Source: a virus (taxonomy: Duplodnaviria; Caudoviricetes). From it: 64,000 bases of DNA. The stretch spans positions 1 to 64,000 of IMG/VR virus record IMGVR_UViG_2940228231_000002. One strand, written 5' to 3'. Numbering within the stretch: the first letter of the stretch is position 1; each line of letters starts with the position of its first letter. Both the position numbers and the translations under genes were made by a program. The notes under the pieces are model-generated. The model was given only the letters and a program-made list of their open reading frames with translations. It did not search any database and had not been told where the DNA came from. This document shows, piece by piece, positions 61,069-64,000 of the stretch.

Positions 61069-61152
61069 AGGGTATATGTGAAATCTAAGTATGAAAGTAA
61101 AAATAAAAGGGGAAAAAAGCAAGAAAGGATTTCAATACGATACAAGGAGAAT

Positions 61153-61335
61153 GGGATTAATATGATACTAATTACAAAAGACGAAGCGGAATTTATTAGA
61201 AAAAACTCTAAGAATTGTCGCATCGTCACAACTGGGAAATCAAAAAACAAACGTCAAAAGAAACGGTACGTTGATGAGATTTCCGAAACATATAAGTTAC
61301 TTCGCAAGTTTCACAAGAAGAAGAAAGTGAGGTAA
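61153..61335 (+). CDS. small basic hypothetical protein
   Basis: ILITKDEAEFIRK...KKRYV.E; start uncertain (likely 61160). Confidence 0.45.
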   Translation, partial: GINMILITKDEAEFIRKNSKNCRIVTTGKSKNKRQKKRYVDEISETYKLLRKFHKKKKVR

Positions 61336-61340
61336 TATAT

Positions 61341-62540
61341 ATGGAAAACTTTAAACGCAAAGTTGGAGAGCCAGAAGATGCTTACATCTATAGAATCTGC
61401 TCAGACAAGAGTTCCATTGGTACATGGGAAGATGTTGCTTCCTTATTAAATGCGGAATTGGAACACAACTGGACTGAGTCAGCATATAGGAAGAAATATC
61501 AAGCTGGCATAAATTACATAATCACCAACCAAGATGAGTTGTTTAACAGTGAAGGATATCTACAAAAGATCAAAGATGAGCGAGACGCTCTAGAGAAAGA
61601 GAGATATAAACTTGCCACTGAAAAATTGGAAAGAAATCGTTGGTTGCGCGAAGAAGCTCGTGATGAATTGTTTCAGGAAAAAGTTCTTGAGGCGATTGAT
61701 AGAAATGTTGGGAACTCTAAACCGCCTTGCAGATTGCAGCTCAAGAGAGATGAAAGATGTGGAATTCTTGCTCTTGCAGATATGCACTTTGGGGCAGACT
61801 TTAAGATTTACGGCATTAATGAAGAAACGCTGAATGAATATAGTCCAGAGATATTCTTTTTCACAATGGAGAAGTTATTTACTGAACTTTTGGATTACAT
61901 CGCACTTCAAAGGCTAGATTATTTGAAGATATTCAATCTAGGAGATAGTTTAGATGGATTCTTAAGACATTCTCAAATATGGACACTGAGATACGGTGTC
62001 GTGGACTCTGCTATTATTCTCGGAGACTATTTAGCCAACTGGCTAAGGGAGTTATCAAGACATGTGGGCATTGAATACTACCAAACCAACGGAAACCACG
62101 GTGAGCTAAGATTGTTGGATGGCCGTAAAGGTGCACATACGCATGAAAACATTGAAAAAATAGTTGAAGACATAATTGAGAGAGAAAACAAAGACAATTG
62201 TAATCTTGAGATTGTCAGAAACAAGTCTGGATTTATATTTACAGAAGCAGTGGGCTTCAACATACTCGGTATTCATGGCGAGGTCAAAAAGTTGACAGAT
62301 GCCATTAAAGATTATACCGATATATATGATACTAGAATTGACTATCTTATCGCAGGACACAAGCACCACACAGAATTTACTAACTGTGGTACTCGTAAAG
62401 GCTGTATAGGAGTTGGGTCTATTATCGGCAGTGATGATTATTCGCTGTCATTGAGAAAGACGGCTGATGCAACAGCATCTCTCGTCATATTTGAAAAAAA
62501 CAAAGGAAAAACGGATGAGCACACATTTGTGCTTAATTAG
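61341..62540 (+). CDS. calcineurin-like metallophosphoesterase
   Basis: DMHFG, LGD, GNHGE, HG, GHKHH. Confidence 0.88.
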   Translation: MENFKRKVGEPEDAYIYRICSDKSSIGTWEDVASLLNAELEHNWTESAYRKKYQAGINYIITNQDELFNSEGYLQKIKDERDALEKERYKLATEKLERNRWLREEARDELFQEKVLEAIDRNVGNSKPPCRLQLKRDERCGILALADMHFGADFKIYGINEETLNEYSPEIFFFTMEKLFTELLDYIALQRLDYLKIFNLGDSLDGFLRHSQIWTLRYGVVDSAIILGDYLANWLRELSRHVGIEYYQTNGNHGELRLLDGRKGAHTHENIEKIVEDIIERENKDNCNLEIVRNKSGFIFTEAVGFNILGIHGEVKKLTDAIKDYTDIYDTRIDYLIAGHKHHTEFTNCGTRKGCIGVGSIIGSDDYSLSLRKTADATASLVIFEKNKGKTDEHTFVLN

Positions 62541-62561
62541 AAATGAAAAGAGGATGAGAAA

Positions 62562-62831
62562 ATGAAAGAATTGATTAACAAAGTCGCTGAGGCTAATGGA
62601 ATCAGTAAACAGCTATCAAAGGAAGTATGCAAGTCTGTATTTGAAATTCTTGCTGAGGAGCTTGCTGTTGGAAATACAGTCAAGATTAATAAGTTTGGAA
62701 TCTTTGAAGTTCGTGTCAGAGAAGCAAGACAGGGATTCAATCCAAATACAAGAGAAAAATTAGAGCTTCCAGAGAAAAAGTATCCATGGTTTAAGTCAGC
62801 AAAAGCACTTAAAGATATTGTCAGCGATTAA
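62562..62831 (+). CDS. hup: HU family DNA-binding protein
   Basis: KELI..VA, V.I..FG.FEV..R.AR.G.NP.T.E. Confidence 0.92.
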   Translation: MKELINKVAEANGISKQLSKEVCKSVFEILAEELAVGNTVKINKFGIFEVRVREARQGFNPNTREKLELPEKKYPWFKSAKALKDIVSD

Positions 62832-62908
62832 TTTCGCTACATATACAATGATGTCACTTCGTTGCGCCTACCCCCTTGTGCGATAGTGCGGAGTGGCATC
62901 AAATTCAT

Positions 62909-62982
62909 AGCGGTGTTGAGAAGTGGTATCTCATGGGACTCATTATCCCAAATCGGGTGTTCGACTCACCCCACCGCAACCA
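62909..62982 (+). tRNA. tRNA with CAT anticodon (Met, or Ile2)
   Basis: Cloverleaf, TGGGA-CTCATTA-TCCCA anticodon arm, TTCGA loop, encoded CCA, A1:A72 mismatch. Confidence 0.85.
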
Positions 62983-63162
62983 TTACTCGTCTACCATGTT
63001 GTAGAATGAGAAATCGGGCTTCGTAATGCGATTTCCGAATTTTGTAAAGTCAACATTAAATAAGGCATTAAAAGATAATATCTTTATTATAGAGAGCACC
63101 TGTGCTGTCCGTATTTATAGGCTGTTGAGAGTTCAGCTTGCTTTAGCCTAGAAGTTTAATAC

Positions 63163-63239
63163 GCTGGTATAGTTCAGTTAGGTAGAATACTTGTTTTGTA
63201 CTCAAGATGTCTGAGGTTCAAATCCTCATGCCAGCTCCA
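63163..63239 (+). tRNA. tRNA-Thr(TGT)
   Basis: GCTGGTA/TGCCAGC acceptor, anticodon loop TT-TGT-AC, GGTTCAAATCC, TCCA end. Confidence 0.85.
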
Positions 63240-63283
63240 AAATAAAACGATGATGGAGGCAGAGCCTTCTACCCTTTCCCCAT

Positions 63284-63370
63284 TTGTTGAAGTAGCTCAA
63301 TGGTGGAGCAACTGACAAACTGGCAGAAGAACAGTCGGCAGGATTTCTCCTAAGCCTGTATCCAAAACGG
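63284..63370 (+). pseudogene. degenerate tRNA-like sequence
   Basis: Intact D-arm TAGCTCAATGGTGGAGCA; expanded anticodon and T loops; poor acceptor pairing. Confidence 0.45.
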
Positions 63371-63376
63371 AGATAT

Positions 63377-63977
63377 AAGTACCTATAAAAATATATACTA
63401 AAGTAACTCAGTGCAAACATCACTAGTTAGGTGGTGCTGAGGCATACTGGTTGAGTCAGTTATGTAAAAGACGGATACGTCTTTTCTGTAGCTGCGCGTC
63501 TTTAAGCGATTTCTGACGTGTAGGCAAAACCGAAACTCAAGGTATGGCACTGCGTTTACTGCAATCAAACGCACGAGATGAATGGGCAACGCAATAGAAA
63601 GAGTGGTTAAAAGCCACTCCGAATCCAAGTTAGGTTTTAGTTGGTGACTGTAGCAAACCTTGGAAATACCAACAAGTTGTTTCCCAGTGAAAGAGAGAAA
63701 TCTCTGTATAACATTCGTCGAAGTACGAGTAGGGTGGGGATTTTATAATATTGCTTTATCAAACGAATATAAGCACAAAATAAAATTTTCTGAATTAATC
63801 CTGAAAGTTGAGGGTAAGCAACCCCTCCAAAGTTTAGCTCTTTGATGGGCGTGGTAAAGAAGTCACTAGGGTAGCTCCCTTAGGCTCAGACTTTATCTCC
63901 TTTGTGGCAGAATATGGTTGAAAGTAAGCAACAGCAGGCTGAAAAGACACTTTCTGTATATATTTTTATAGGTACTT
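63377..63977 (+). ncRNA. large structured RNA candidate (ROOL/GOLLD-like)
   Basis: 601 nt closed by a perfect 22-bp IR (63377-63398/63956-63977), many internal hairpins, inside a tRNA cluster. Confidence 0.6.
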
Positions 63978-63981
63978 TTGA

Positions 63982-64000
63982 AGCAGGGTGGAGCAGTGGT
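63982..64000 (+). tRNA. 5' end of a tRNA (cut by window edge)
   Basis: AGCAGGGTGGAGCAGTGGT matches an acceptor plus D-arm start. Confidence 0.5.

Noticed and set aside
63310-63461. Intron-containing tRNA via AACTGAC/GTCAGTT pairing
   Set aside because: No T-arm or acceptor 3' half follows, and the second arm falls inside the 22-bp-IR-bounded element.

Overview
This is an AT-rich segment of a large Bacillota (Clostridia/Bacilli-type) phage or prophage with an SPbeta-like gene complement. The minus-strand arm (1-52322) carries nucleotide metabolism genes (dUTPase, intein-containing class II RNR, ThyX-like, GMK-like, HAD nucleotidase, beta-CASP nuclease), a replisome block (DnaE, primase, DnaB-like helicase, Sak4-like ATPase, PD-(D/E)XK and ERCC4 nucleases), an orphan MazF, two DNA methyltransferases (one circularly permuted) and a long run of small paralogous accessory genes. 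The plus-strand arm (53341-64000) carries a tyrosine recombinase, a YonO-like single-subunit RNA polymerase split by three ORF-less group I introns, a metallophosphoesterase, HU, tRNAs and a ~600-nt ROOL/GOLLD-like RNA candidate. The most striking feature lies at ~34.7-43.6 kb. There a ubiquitin-like conjugation cluster (Ubl, E2-like, JAB, E1/ThiF) runs directly into a divergent retron-like reverse transcriptase. Four retron msr/msd-like non-coding elements of three different sequences are dispersed through the region. All share a terminal inverted repeat, an adjacent unpaired G, two short stem-loops and a 'CTA' start of the predicted cDNA, but each has a different hairpin cargo. One is duplicated exactly (400 bp) on both sides of the RT. 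An IscB/omegaRNA element sits next to this locus, inserted between an RBS and its ATG. All calls come from reading motifs by eye; no searches or folding programs were run.
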